From the NCBI GenBank assembly GCA_027314645.1, contig DAHVAL010000007.1:18758-82757 (forward strand): a stretch of 64,000 nucleotides of DNA, written 5' to 3'. This DNA comes from Nitrospirota bacterium. Its GTDB lineage: Bacteria; Nitrospirota; Leptospirillia; Leptospirillales; Leptospirillaceae. This document shows, piece by piece, positions 37,923 through 47,905 of the stretch. The position numbers and the translations under genes are program-made. The notes under the pieces are model-generated. The model ran no database searches. It was not told where the DNA came from and saw only the letters and a program-made list of their open reading frames with translations. How positions within the stretch are numbered: position 1 is the first letter of the stretch; each line of letters starts with the position of its first letter.

Positions 37923-38831
37923 TTGTCCAATATTTCGGCTTCCCCTATTACGAGAGGCGCCTCCGTCGGCTGGATCGGCCTTGGGTCCATGGGGATTCCC
38001 ATGGCCAAAAGGCTTGCCGATGCCGGCTATCTGATGAAAGGATATAACCGGACGAAAAACGAACGGGTGTCCACCCTTTCCTTCCCTCTGTGCTCCTCTC
38101 CCGCCGAAGCGGCAGACGGAGCCGGGCTCGTCATCCTTATGCTGCGGGACGGGCTTTCTTCCCGGGCTGTCCTTTCCGGCGAGACGGGCCTCTTGTCCTC
38201 TTTAAAATCCGGCCAAATTCTTGGCAACATGTCCACCGAGTCCCCCGAGGACGCCCAATGGGAAGCCTCCGAATGCCAAAAAAAAGGCGTGGCCTATTTT
38301 GATATCCCTGTCTCGGGCTCGGTTGTCCCGGCGGCTCGGGGGGAGCTTCTTCTTCTCGCGGGAGGAGCCGAATCGCTCCGCTCCCTGGTTGCGGAACCGA
38401 TGGCCCTTTTGGGAAAGAGCCTCCATTGGTTCGGTCCGGCGGGGTCGGGAATGGCGGCCAAGCTTGCCATCAATTTTTTATTGGCGGTCCATATGGAAAG
38501 CCTTTCCGAAACCTTTTTGCTCGGCGAGGCCCTTGGAATCGATCGCGGAGCCTTGGCCCAGGCACTCCTGGAAAGTCCCTTGACCACCCCTTTCTACCGG
38601 ATCAAGATCCCGACTCTTCTTGCGGAAGACTATCGCAAAGCCTTCTCCGCCTCCTTGATGAAAAAGGATCTCGACCTTCTTCTGTCGGCTCTTCTCTCCA
38701 GAAATCGTGACATTCCGGAACCCCTCTCTCATGCCCGTTCCCTTTTCCAGCGGATCGTCGCCAAAGGCGAAGGGGAAAAGGACCTGTCGGTGATCCACGA
38801 TCTCCTTAAAAAAGACACCGAAGGGTCCTGA
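37923..38831 (+). CDS. NAD(P)-dependent oxidoreductase, 3-hydroxyisobutyrate / 6-phosphogluconate dehydrogenase-like
   Basis: Rossmann motif VGWIGLGSMGIPMAKRL, DIPVSGS, and a C-terminal all-helical domain. TTG start per the track. Confidence 0.8.
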   Translation: MSNISASPITRGASVGWIGLGSMGIPMAKRLADAGYLMKGYNRTKNERVSTLSFPLCSSPAEAADGAGLVILMLRDGLSSRAVLSGETGLLSSLKSGQILGNMSTESPEDAQWEASECQKKGVAYFDIPVSGSVVPAARGELLLLAGGAESLRSLVAEPMALLGKSLHWFGPAGSGMAAKLAINFLLAVHMESLSETFLLGEALGIDRGALAQALLESPLTTPFYRIKIPTLLAEDYRKAFSASLMKKDLDLLLSALLSRNRDIPEPLSHARSLFQRIVAKGEGEKDLSVIHDLLKKDTEGS

Positions 38832-39511
38832 TGGGAATCCCGATCCTCTGCAAGAATCTCGAAAAATCCTACGGAAAGGCCGGAGGGCCATCGCAGCGGG
38901 TTCTCTTCGACCTTTCCTTCTCGATCGGCGCAGGAGAATGGGTCGTGATCATGGGAGACTCCGGATCGGGCAAATCGACCCTTTTGAACATCCTTGCCGG
39001 GATCGATCCCTATGATTCGGGAGAGCTCCTCCTCGACGGAAACGATTGGGGGGCCATGACCGACGAGGAAAAAACCCTGATCCGGCGGCGCCAGATGGGG
39101 TTCGTGTTCCAAAACTACAATCTGTTCCCATTCCTAAGCGTCTATGAAAACGTGGCGCTTCCTGCCCGTCTCAACGGACAAGATGACCGGGAGGCCGTTC
39201 ATGCCCTCTTAAAAGAAGTGGGCCTCACCGACAAGGCCCACAAGTTTCCTTCTCAATTGTCCGGAGGCGAGCAGCAACGGGTGGCGGTGGCCCGGGCACT
39301 GATCCACCGTCCGCGGCTTTTATTGGCGGATGAGCCCACGGGGGCGCTCGATCATTTGACCGGAAGAAAGGTTCTCGAACTCCTGACGCTTCTCCATAAG
39401 GAGTTTTGCCCGACGATCGTCATGAGCACTCACAGCCTCGATGCGGCCCGGTACGGAACACGCATCCTCAAGCTTAGGGACGGCCGGTTTGTTTCGGAAA
39501 ACGAACGGTAG
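38831..39511 (+). CDS. ABC transporter ATP-binding protein (MacB/LolD/AttE type)
   Basis: Walker [10 protein letters not shown], signature [15 protein letters not shown], Walker [18 protein letters not shown] overlap with the upstream gene. Confidence 0.92.
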   Translation: MGIPILCKNLEKSYGKAGGPSQRVLFDLSFSIGAGEWVVIMGDSGSGKSTLLNILAGIDPYDSGELLLDGNDWGAMTDEEKTLIRRRQMGFVFQNYNLFPFLSVYENVALPARLNGQDDREAVHALLKEVGLTDKAHKFPSQLSGGEQQRVAVARALIHRPRLLLADEPTGALDHLTGRKVLELLTLLHKEFCPTIVMSTHSLDAARYGTRILKLRDGRFVSENER

Positions 39512-39520
39512 GTTCTGCGC

Positions 39521-42082
39521 ATGGCCACGGTCCGATTCTTTCTTTCCTATTCTTTCCGCAATCTTCTACGGACGCCGCTCGCAACGGTTCTGACGCTTTT
39601 TGGAATTTCCCTGGGTACGGCCATTGTCCTGGCCATCGTTCAGGCGGACCAAAGTTCTCTGCTGTCTCTCAAGAACGCCATCAACCACGTCAGGGATCCG
39701 GCGATTCTCTCTGTCGTCGCTCCTTCCGGGTCCACCTTCGCAGATTCGACCATCGACACCCTCGAAAAGGCGTTGGGCCCTATGCCTTTCCGGATCTCCC
39801 CCCTCCTCGAACTGACTGTTTCCTACCAGGGGCAAACGTTCCTTCTCAAAGGGCTGGACTTCCTTGAAAGCGCCGATCGGCCTCCGGGGAGGCAAGACAG
39901 GAATATCCTGGCGGTTCGCGGGGGGATTTACCTCCCCCCCCATACCCTGTCCCTCTGGCATCTCAACACGGGAGAAACGATCCAGGTCGCCTATGGAACG
40001 CGGACCGTCCCCCTCGAGGTCCTGGGAGAAATTCCCGACAGAATCCGCGCCCGAATGCTCCCGCGCAATGCCTTCCTGATCGACCTTTCATGGGCGCAGG
40101 ACCTTTTCGGCAAAACCGGAGAGCTTTCACGGATCGATCTTCTCTGGGACGGACCCAAAGGGACGAAGCCTTCTCCCGAGGTCGTCGAAACGCTCCACGC
40201 ATCCCTCACGCATGCATTGGGAAAAAATCTCCTGGTTCTCTCCAGGAGAGCCCGAAAAAGCCAATATGATTCCATGCTCTCCGCCTATCGCTCAAATCTC
40301 ATGGCCCTCTCTCTCGTGGCCTTCCTCGTCGCCTATTTCCTGATCGCAAACACCCTGCTTCTTTTTGTCGTCCGGCGGCGCTCCGAGATCTCGACCCTCC
40401 GCCTTCTCGGCGTCACCTCCCGGGAAATCAGGGTCCTCCTTGCACTGGAGGCCGGATGGTTCGGTCTTCTGGGCGGAGCCTTAGGGGTCCTTTGGGGGCA
40501 GGCGCTGGCCCGTATCACCCTTTCCGCGGTCCAACGGACGATCGCCACGATGTTCCTTCCGCCCCACCTCCTCCCGACCGGGACATCCTTCGGGGAGGGA
40601 GGGCTTGCCCTGCTCTTTTCTATCGGAGTGTCTCTTGCCGCCATCGCCGGACCGCTTCGGGAAGCAACCCGGATTCCTCCCGTCCTGGGACTCTCGAGAA
40701 TCCAGGAAGAAGAATCCTCATTTTCCCGCCAGAAGACCTACTGGAGTCTTTTTGTGGCGTTTGCCCTCCTGAGCGAGATTCTCACCCGGCTCCCCGCCTA
40801 TCACCGCTTTCCATGGGGAGGATATGCTGCGGCTCTTTTCGCGGTCTTCTCCGGAAGTTTTCTGATCCCGTCCCTCCTGACGGCCCTCAGCCCACTGGTT
40901 CAACGGATCTCCTCCCTTCTCCCCAATCCGATTCTCTCCCTTTCGCTGTCGGCGTTCACGGCCACCATCAGCCGCACGCGGATCGCGATATCCGGCGTGA
41001 TGGCAAGTCTTGGCATGGTGGTGGGGATCGTGGTCATGATCTCCTCGTTCGAAAAAACCTTGAACCTCTGGATCAATCAAAATCTCAAGGCGGATGTCTA
41101 CATCAAGCCGGCCACCTGTCTCTCCTCCTATTGCTCCGAGACGCTTTCGACCTCGCTCTACGAGCGGATACTCTCTGTTCCGGGCGTAAACCGGATTGCG
41201 CGCTATACGCTTCTCTCCGCCAACATCGCCGGAAAGCCTTCCTACCTCGCGTATTCCGACCTTGACAGCTTCTATCGAAACACGCCTCTTCCCCTGGTCG
41301 GGAAACAGGACTCCGACAGAGTCCTGTCCGCCTTTATGAATGGGAAAGGCGTCCTGGTCTCGGAGCCTTTCGCGAACCGGTTCCATAAAGATGTCGGAGA
41401 CCCTGTCACCTATCCGACCCGGGAGGGACCCGTTACGCGGAAAATTCTTGGAGTTTATCGGGATTATTCAACCGTGGAAGGCATCCTTCTGGTTCCCTAT
41501 GAACGTCTTTCCACTGAACAGGGAACCGCCGATCCCTCCAACCTGTCGATCTTCCTGAAGCGCGATGAATCGGTCCCCCGCTTCATCGCCTTGCTCGACC
41601 GGACGCTCCCGCCCGATATTCACCTCCTGATCCGGTCTCAGAACGGTCTGCGGGACAGAATTCTCGAAGTCTTCCATCAATCCTTCTCCGTGACTTACGC
41701 CTTGCTGGCGATCGCGATCGTGGTCTCCATCTTCGGGGTGTCGAATTCCCTGATCCTTCTCCTGTACGAACGGAGAAAGGAATTCGCTCTCTATCGCTAC
41801 CTCGGCCTTCTCCCCCGCGAAAAGATCCTCATGCTCCTGGTGGAAACGACGCTCATCCTCCTTTGGGGAATCCTCCTGGGTGTTTTCCTGGGGCTCCTGG
41901 TGGGAGCGATCATCGTTTTTGTCATCAACCGGGAAGCCTTCGGATGGATGATCCTCTGGGATCTTCCGACCAGGAATATCCTTCTCCTCTCCCTCCTCCT
42001 TTTTGCCGCCTCCCTGCTCTCCCTTGTGGCGCCGACCATCCTTCTAAAACGCGACCAGACATTGGCGGGGGAACGACTGTGA
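39521..42082 (+). CDS. ABC transporter permease with two FtsX-type domains
   Basis: 853 aa with the FtsX 4-TM module duplicated. The first copy lies around LSLVAFLVAYFLIAN...LRLLGVTSREI and the second around ALLAIAIVVSIFGVSNS...YRYLGLLPREK. Confidence 0.88.
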   Translation: MATVRFFLSYSFRNLLRTPLATVLTLFGISLGTAIVLAIVQADQSSLLSLKNAINHVRDPAILSVVAPSGSTFADSTIDTLEKALGPMPFRISPLLELTVSYQGQTFLLKGLDFLESADRPPGRQDRNILAVRGGIYLPPHTLSLWHLNTGETIQVAYGTRTVPLEVLGEIPDRIRARMLPRNAFLIDLSWAQDLFGKTGELSRIDLLWDGPKGTKPSPEVVETLHASLTHALGKNLLVLSRRARKSQYDSMLSAYRSNLMALSLVAFLVAYFLIANTLLLFVVRRRSEISTLRLLGVTSREIRVLLALEAGWFGLLGGALGVLWGQALARITLSAVQRTIATMFLPPHLLPTGTSFGEGGLALLFSIGVSLAAIAGPLREATRIPPVLGLSRIQEEESSFSRQKTYWSLFVAFALLSEILTRLPAYHRFPWGGYAAALFAVFSGSFLIPSLLTALSPLVQRISSLLPNPILSLSLSAFTATISRTRIAISGVMASLGMVVGIVVMISSFEKTLNLWINQNLKADVYIKPATCLSSYCSETLSTSLYERILSVPGVNRIARYTLLSANIAGKPSYLAYSDLDSFYRNTPLPLVGKQDSDRVLSAFMNGKGVLVSEPFANRFHKDVGDPVTYPTREGPVTRKILGVYRDYSTVEGILLVPYERLSTEQGTADPSNLSIFLKRDESVPRFIALLDRTLPPDIHLLIRSQNGLRDRILEVFHQSFSVTYALLAIAIVVSIFGVSNSLILLLYERRKEFALYRYLGLLPREKILMLLVETTLILLWGILLGVFLGLLVGAIIVFVINREAFGWMILWDLPTRNILLLSLLLFAASLLSLVAPTILLKRDQTLAGERL

Positions 42083-43206
42083 AGCCATTGTCGAGAAAAA
42101 TATTGACTCTTCTTTCCTTTTCGTTTGTTCTGTTCTTCCCAAGCCAGAGTTTTGGCAAGACCCCCGGCCTTTGGGACCACCTTTCCCCCCACCCGGACTA
42201 TCCGATTGAATGGTGGTACATGACGGGATTCCTGACCTCCGATTCGGGACGGCACTTCGGATTCCAGGCGACGTTTTTCCGGACGAAGGCAAAGAAGGGA
42301 CCGACCGGCGCAATGGAGTCCCGAAAGAGCCCATGGACTCCCCGTCAAATCTTCGGCTTTCACGGAGCGGTCTCCGATCTCGACCGGAAGGTCTTTCGCA
42401 TGACGGAGCGGGAGCGCAGGAATTTCTCCCGATCGGTCCTCGCCCAAAAGGATCCGTTCTCCGTCCGGATCGGTCGAAACCGCCTCGATCATCCGACCAG
42501 ACAAGCGCCCTCCCTCGATCTTTTCTTTCGGGTGGGAAACCAGAGCTTCGCACTTGCGCTCACTCCTCAATCTCCTCCCGTGTGGCATGACGAAAAAAAG
42601 AAATTCTACACCGGCCCCAACTCCACCGACTGGGCCTATTACTACTCCTACCCTCTGGTCAGGATCACGGGAACCCGGACGGTGGTTCTCCCAAACGGGA
42701 CCGCCAAGTCGGAAAAAGTTCACGGCCAATGCTGGTTCGATCACGAATGGATGAGGCAACCCATGACCAAGGACCAAATCGGCTGGATTTGGATCTGGGG
42801 ATGGAATCCTTCCAATACCCAAGGTGTGATGCTCTACCAAATGATCGATCGGGGGGTCCGTCTCTCTTCCTTTCACCGGGCCACGCTGCTTCACAGGTCC
42901 GGAGATGCGTGGACCGTTCGGCGGACGAATGCCGTGCACTTAATGACGGGCCTGGTCGGTTCTTGCCTCTCTCTCAACGATTTGACCTTCCTCGTGGACA
43001 AGAAGATTGTCGTGGAGGCCCACCCTTGGATGGATAATCAGCTTCTTACGGGGGGGGTCACCTACTGGGAGGGCGCGTCGAAGATCAAGCTTGGAGACCC
43101 ATCCTTACTGGAGAATGGAGAAGGATATCTTGAGGTGACCGGGCTCGGGGCTTGGAAAAATGGAAGATTATGCCGAAATATTACACGGGGGGCCAGAAAG
43201 AATTAG
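42079..43206 (+). CDS. AttH / CrtC (hydroxyneurosporene-synthase)-like lipocalin-fold secreted protein
   Basis: GTG 42079 overlaps the permease stop (GTGA). Signal peptide LTLLSFSFVLFFPSQSFG. Motif IEWWYMTGFL...FGFQATFFR. Classic AttEFGH-type gene order. Confidence 0.7.
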   Translation: MKPLSRKILTLLSFSFVLFFPSQSFGKTPGLWDHLSPHPDYPIEWWYMTGFLTSDSGRHFGFQATFFRTKAKKGPTGAMESRKSPWTPRQIFGFHGAVSDLDRKVFRMTERERRNFSRSVLAQKDPFSVRIGRNRLDHPTRQAPSLDLFFRVGNQSFALALTPQSPPVWHDEKKKFYTGPNSTDWAYYYSYPLVRITGTRTVVLPNGTAKSEKVHGQCWFDHEWMRQPMTKDQIGWIWIWGWNPSNTQGVMLYQMIDRGVRLSSFHRATLLHRSGDAWTVRRTNAVHLMTGLVGSCLSLNDLTFLVDKKIVVEAHPWMDNQLLTGGVTYWEGASKIKLGDPSLLENGEGYLEVTGLGAWKNGRLCRNITRGARKN

Positions 43207-43330
43207 TCCAGGGCTCTCAGAATTTCCAAGAAAATTGCGGGGGAGGTTCTCCCACCCTTAATTCTCAGAAAAAAGGGTCTGTCAGTTTTTTGATGGTCAT
43301 TTTTTTGTTTTGATGCCTTCAAGGAGAACG

Positions 43331-45010
43331 ATGATTCAATCCCGCCCACCAAAACCGGCCAAGATTGTCCAGGGATTTCCGATCCCAAAAATTGCGCCGG
43401 ACAAGGACTCCTTCGAGGGAGATTTTCACATTATCTGTGCTTCAGGACTTGGAAATCATTTCTATGACTTTGGATTGGCGATCACACTAAAGGAGTATTA
43501 TCCAAAAGCTCATATTATTCTCTGGGCCTCCACGCATCATCGTGAGTTCGAGGAACGACTAAAAAACATTACGATCCGTTGGTATCGCGTGACGTCGAAA
43601 GAAAATTCCAACTTCGAACTTTCTTACGACCTGCCTTTCACCTATAAAAAGGCCGCCGAAGAAATTTCTCAAAATCACCATAACGGAATCGATTCATACG
43701 TGGCTTCCGCCCCATTTTTTCCTGACGGGTTGAGCCCGTTCCTGGGAGAAACCATCTGGGAGACCCCCTATCGGGTCCTCGGGCTTCCGAATGAGATGAC
43801 CCGATCCCTTCGTCCCTTCGTCCCCGTCGAAGAATCGGACCGGGTCGAAATCCGTCGCTGGCTGGCAAAAAACAATCTGCTCGGACAGCCCTATATTGTC
43901 ATGACCCCCCATGTCGTTCCGATGAAGGCATGGGGTCTGAGCGGGTTCTCCCGCCTGGCAAGCCGAATTTACGACCGGTACGGTCTCCGGACGATCTTTA
44001 CGGGATTTCCCGATTCGCCTTCTTTGAATGTTCAGGGTTCCCTCGAACCCTATGGAATTCCCTTGACCCAGGTGGCGGCCTTGATCGAAGGCAGCCGATT
44101 GTATGTCGGACATGATTCGGGGTTGACCCACATGGCCCTCTCCTTCTCCATCCCGACCCTCACCATCTTCGTGGACCGAAAGGTCCCCCCTCCATTCATT
44201 CGGGCCCCCATTCCGGAAAACACGTCCTTCGTTGCCCCTTTTTGCGGGCTGGATTTAAACCGCTCCGTCGAAGGAGCCTTTTCCTGGGTCCGGAACATCC
44301 TCGAAGGAACGGCCCTCCAGGCCCCCGTATGTCCGCTCTGCCGCGGGACTGCCTATTTTTTGCTGGACGCTCTGGAGAATCGTTCCGTATGGATCTGTTC
44401 CTGCGGGACATCCCTCCGGGTCGGACACGAGGCCTCCGACCTTCCGGAGAATGAAGTCCCGTCCCTTTCCACCCCCTTCCCCTTCCCTGAAAGAGCACAG
44501 GATCTGCTTCACCTTGAAAAAAGACTCCCATCGGGCCCCCAGACCCTGAGCCTGACCGCCTCGGTGTTCTCTTCACTGGAAGGGTTGCCTGCCCTCGATG
44601 CCCTTTCTGAAAGGCACGTCGATCAGATCCCTTCCTGGGAAGGGATCTTCTCTTTCATGGAAAGGGGGGGGTATTATCCCATGGCCACATCCTGGACTCA
44701 CTTGGGGATCAGGTGGAACGGAACTTTCAGGTTTTCGAGAACGCGCTCACGGGTCTCCTTTTTTCTCCCATTCGGCGAAAAGATGGTCAGAGTCCCCTCC
44801 TATGAGGTGGCGATGCGCCACTACCGGAGCCTCCCCTGGAGAGACGAGGACGATTTCTCAAGACTCTGGAAAAAGCTCGCCGAATGGCATTACAATACCG
44901 ATGCGCGCAGGATGGCGATTGAAACATTCCGATTAAAGCCCACTCCTCGCAACCTGAGAAACATCATCCGAGCCTTTTTGATGACGAGGGAGCCCTTTCT
45001 CAAAAAATGA
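43331..45010 (+). CDS. Family 9 glycosyltransferase (heptosyltransferase-like) with a Cys4 zinc-ribbon and a roughly 200-aa C-terminal extension
   Basis: AAGGAG lies 4 nt before ATG 43331, in track ORF 43310..45010. GT9 motif YVGHDSGLTHMALSFSIPTLTIF. Zinc ribbon CPLC-x18-CSC at 44330-44404. Paralogue at 51126..52916. Confidence 0.8.
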   Translation: MIQSRPPKPAKIVQGFPIPKIAPDKDSFEGDFHIICASGLGNHFYDFGLAITLKEYYPKAHIILWASTHHREFEERLKNITIRWYRVTSKENSNFELSYDLPFTYKKAAEEISQNHHNGIDSYVASAPFFPDGLSPFLGETIWETPYRVLGLPNEMTRSLRPFVPVEESDRVEIRRWLAKNNLLGQPYIVMTPHVVPMKAWGLSGFSRLASRIYDRYGLRTIFTGFPDSPSLNVQGSLEPYGIPLTQVAALIEGSRLYVGHDSGLTHMALSFSIPTLTIFVDRKVPPPFIRAPIPENTSFVAPFCGLDLNRSVEGAFSWVRNILEGTALQAPVCPLCRGTAYFLLDALENRSVWICSCGTSLRVGHEASDLPENEVPSLSTPFPFPERAQDLLHLEKRLPSGPQTLSLTASVFSSLEGLPALDALSERHVDQIPSWEGIFSFMERGGYYPMATSWTHLGIRWNGTFRFSRTRSRVSFFLPFGEKMVRVPSYEVAMRHYRSLPWRDEDDFSRLWKKLAEWHYNTDARRMAIETFRLKPTPRNLRNIIRAFLMTREPFLKK

Positions 45011-45215
45011 TTTTTACTCCGATCCCCTTCCCGGTTCCCCCCAATTCGTCGGAACAAAGTGTCCCCTCTCCCCATCTACGCATTTTCTCTTGGACCGATG
45101 ATTCTCCTGCTCATTTTCGATACGGCCTTCCGCTTTATTCCGCATTTCACTTCTTATCAAAAATACTATCTTCCGGTCTTCAACCACCTTTCATGCTGAC
45201 ATCCGGAGACCCCCT

Positions 45216-46298
45216 GTGAGATCGGATCCTTCCCAGAACCTGTCATCCTCTCCCGATCGACAATCTCCACTCATCTCGGTCGTAGTTCCCATCACTCGCT
45301 ATGAGGGGGAACTCGAAGAAGCGCTCGAGTCCGTCTTTCGTCAGACATTCCAGGACTTTGAGGTGATTCTGGTGGACAATCTGGCGACCCCCGGAACCCG
45401 AGCCGTAGCCAACCGATGGAAGGAAAAGAATCCGGACCGGGTCCGGATCGTCGAGGAACCTGTCAAGGGTGCGGTCACAGCACGCAACAAAGGCATCACC
45501 GAAAGCCTTGGAACCTATATCTGCCTCCTCGACAGCGATGACCGGATGATGCCGCACCGTCTTGAACGGCAGATCAAGGCCCTTAAGGACAATCCCGAGG
45601 CCGTTCTTGCCGGATCCTGGTCCAATGAAGTCTCTCCCGACGGGAAAACGGTGGTCGCCAAAGATGCAAGGCCCGAGATACCCCGGTGGGCAAACATCCT
45701 TTTCCGCCACACGAAACGTGGCATGGAAGATCCGTTTTACGAACCGAAGACTTCCACCCTCTTTTTCCGGGCCGACGTGGCCCGGGAGATCGGTATGTTC
45801 GATCTTCGCTTCAACCCGATCTGGCTGGAGGACACGGATTTTGTCTTTCGGATGTATGAACATGGCAGGATCGTGGTCGTCCCGGAAACCCTGATCGATT
45901 ACCGCCAGCACGCCGGAGACGACAGCGCACGGAGGATTTTCGACCTTGGCTGGACCCTGAACTACGGGTTGTTTTTCTCGATTCTTCGGGAAAAATATTT
46001 TGTGAAGGGCGACCGGCTGTCCGTGGAGTCCTTCCAGCAACTCCGATCTCGCTGGTCAAGGGAAACGGGGATCAAGCTTCTGGGCTTTCCGAACGGGGTA
46101 ACCGTCGGACGGAAACTGATCCACACCGCATGGAAGATCGATCCTTTCGATCTCCAGAATATTGAAGCCCTGATCCGGTCCCGCCTTCCACGCACCTTCC
46201 ATCCGCGGCCATTCAGAAAAAAGGCTCCAGAAGGGGCCATGCTTCCGGGGTTCATGGATGAGGCCTGGGCCTCTCAGCTCTTCTCGCTGGAGGAGTGA
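45216..46298 (+). CDS. Family 2 glycosyltransferase
   Basis: ISVVVPITRYEGELEEALESVFRQTFQDFEVILVDN, LLDSDD, WLEDTDFVFRM. Paralogue at 52990..54105. Confidence 0.85.
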   Translation: MRSDPSQNLSSSPDRQSPLISVVVPITRYEGELEEALESVFRQTFQDFEVILVDNLATPGTRAVANRWKEKNPDRVRIVEEPVKGAVTARNKGITESLGTYICLLDSDDRMMPHRLERQIKALKDNPEAVLAGSWSNEVSPDGKTVVAKDARPEIPRWANILFRHTKRGMEDPFYEPKTSTLFFRADVAREIGMFDLRFNPIWLEDTDFVFRMYEHGRIVVVPETLIDYRQHAGDDSARRIFDLGWTLNYGLFFSILREKYFVKGDRLSVESFQQLRSRWSRETGIKLLGFPNGVTVGRKLIHTAWKIDPFDLQNIEALIRSRLPRTFHPRPFRKKAPEGAMLPGFMDEAWASQLFSLEE

Positions 46299-46340
46299 AA
46301 GGGAGCAGGCCGAGGGTCCTCCCGCCACCCCCGATTGGCA

Positions 46341-46744
46341 TCACGATTCCCCTCTGAACGAAAAATACTTGTGTCTCAAGTAGCTCGTGAAAACAGGGAC
46401 CGCGATCCCCGAAAGATGGGCGATCTCTTCGCTAAACCTCAGCACACCCCCGGAAGAATCCATGTGACCAAGGCCATGCTCACCCCCCACGTCTGGAGCA
46501 AGGCAAAAAGATTGACCTAGGAGAAGCAGATGGCGGGCTTGGCGGTGGAGTGTCTCGATTGTCTGAAACCGAAGTGCTTGGCCAGGATGAACGCGGCGAC
46601 CATCCCCGTCAGATAGGCGAAAATAACGGCCGATGAAAATCCGGCAAATTGGTTGTAGAAAAATCGTCTTCCAAAATGAACTCCCGCCGCCACGTCCCCC
46701 GTTCACAGGAAAAGAAGGAATTCCCGGGATGTGAAATCACGCAT
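46341..46744 (-). pseudogene. Decayed GtrA-like membrane protein gene (in-frame stops plus a frameshift)
   Basis: One minus-strand frame from ATG 46744 reads MRDFTSREFLLFL*TGDVAAGVHFGRRFFYNQFAGFSSAVIFAYLTGMVAAFILAKHFGFRQS...ICFS*VNLFALLQTWGVSMALVTWILPGVC*. The last segment, LRFSEEIAHLSGIAVPVFTSYLRHKYFSF, continues in another frame (track ORF 46341..46706). FAGF...F.F and the C-terminal YFSF resemble GtrA repeats. Confidence 0.4.
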
Positions 46745-46887
46745 GAAAGACGTTCCGATCCACACTCGGCAGGATGTCGCCTTCCGGACGAAGACTTTCC
46801 GATTTGAACGACTCACATCGATCCCCTCGAATCCGAAAACCGGATGCTCACTCTCACCTATTCCTTTATCAGGACGCTTAAATAAGC

Positions 46888-47832
46888 CTACAATATGGAG
46901 ACAGCATGCAAGACTCCGCAATCTTTTTCTTTTTTAACGATCGACAAAACCTTTAATGAATTTTCTTTAAATTTCTCCAATACTTCAAGAATCCGATCAT
47001 CGTTATGGTACTCAAGGATGATTTCCCTAAGCCCATCGTTAATCAATATTTCGAGGTGGTCGCCTTTCAAGAAATCAAACTCGCATCCTTCACAATCTAT
47101 TTTGAGAACCCATTCTTTCGTTAATCCAATTTTTTTGATAATTGAGCGAAATTCTTCAAATGAAATAAGAACGTCTTTTTCATTTCCCAAACGATGTTCT
47201 TCGTATCCGAAGACATCTCCTCCCACAGCATTGTGAAAAAGAGCAAGACGGTCTTTTAAAATCCCATTAAGTTCCGCATTTTTTTTGGCTTTGAGAAAAA
47301 ACGTTTGAACAGGTTCAAATGCAATGATATTTTTTGCTCCCATCCTGGAGAAAAGCAAAATGCTGTCCCCTTTGTAAGCCCCGATATCAACGACCGTTTT
47401 TCCCGAAACGTTCGCATCTTTATATTCCGTCAAAATATCCCAAAAATCTAAAAATTCATCGGGTAAATCGAATTTAATATTTGTTCCATCGTTGAACTTC
47501 ACAATAAAATGGTCTTCCTTTTCCTGAAATTCCTTCACTGTTTGAACGGACATCGCCGGAAGTTGTTCTAATGCATAAACCGAATAGGAAAGCCTCTCCT
47601 TTGAAAAAATTGGGAACTTAAGATTTTGATAGACGGCAAGCAGTTTGTCCTCATTTAATTCAAACCTGCCTCCCCGATCCATAAAAATAAATCCGGATTT
47701 TAAAAGTCCAAATCGATAGAGGGATAAGATAAGTGGCAAAGAATACCCCTTTAATATCAACTTCAAAGCGATGAACAACTTTTTCATTGTTTTCCTTACA
47801 AAAGAGGGCCCTAGATGATGGAAATAAAACAA
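46888..47832 (-). CDS. FkbM-family SAM-dependent methyltransferase
   Basis: VVDIGAYKGDSILLFSRMGAKNIIAFEP SAM-binding motif and FHNAVGG. Low GC: the line at 47041 has 23/60 G+C. The start could be 47787 (MKKLF). Confidence 0.75.
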   Translation of the reverse strand: MFYFHHLGPSFVRKTMKKLFIALKLILKGYSLPLILSLYRFGLLKSGFIFMDRGGRFELNEDKLLAVYQNLKFPIFSKERLSYSVYALEQLPAMSVQTVKEFQEKEDHFIVKFNDGTNIKFDLPDEFLDFWDILTEYKDANVSGKTVVDIGAYKGDSILLFSRMGAKNIIAFEPVQTFFLKAKKNAELNGILKDRLALFHNAVGGDVFGYEEHRLGNEKDVLISFEEFRSIIKKIGLTKEWVLKIDCEGCEFDFLKGDHLEILINDGLREIILEYHNDDRILEVLEKFKENSLKVLSIVKKEKDCGVLHAVSIL

Positions 47833-47905
47833 ATATTCAAAAATTATTAATTTCTAATAAATTGTTTTTTGAAACCTCAAAACTTAATCCTTCCATTCTA
47901 CCGGA

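Noticed and set aside
37685-38047. 120-aa ORF in the 290-nt spacer between the icd terminator and the dehydrogenase gene
   Set aside because: It has no RBS, runs into the downstream gene in another frame, and has no protein-like features. I also found no convincing riboswitch or sRNA structure in the spacer by eye.
45007-45219. 70-aa ORF filling the gap between GT9 copy A and its GT2 partner
   Set aside because: It overlaps both neighbours' stop and start codons, is Pro/Ser-rich, and has no RBS. It is probably non-coding spacer.
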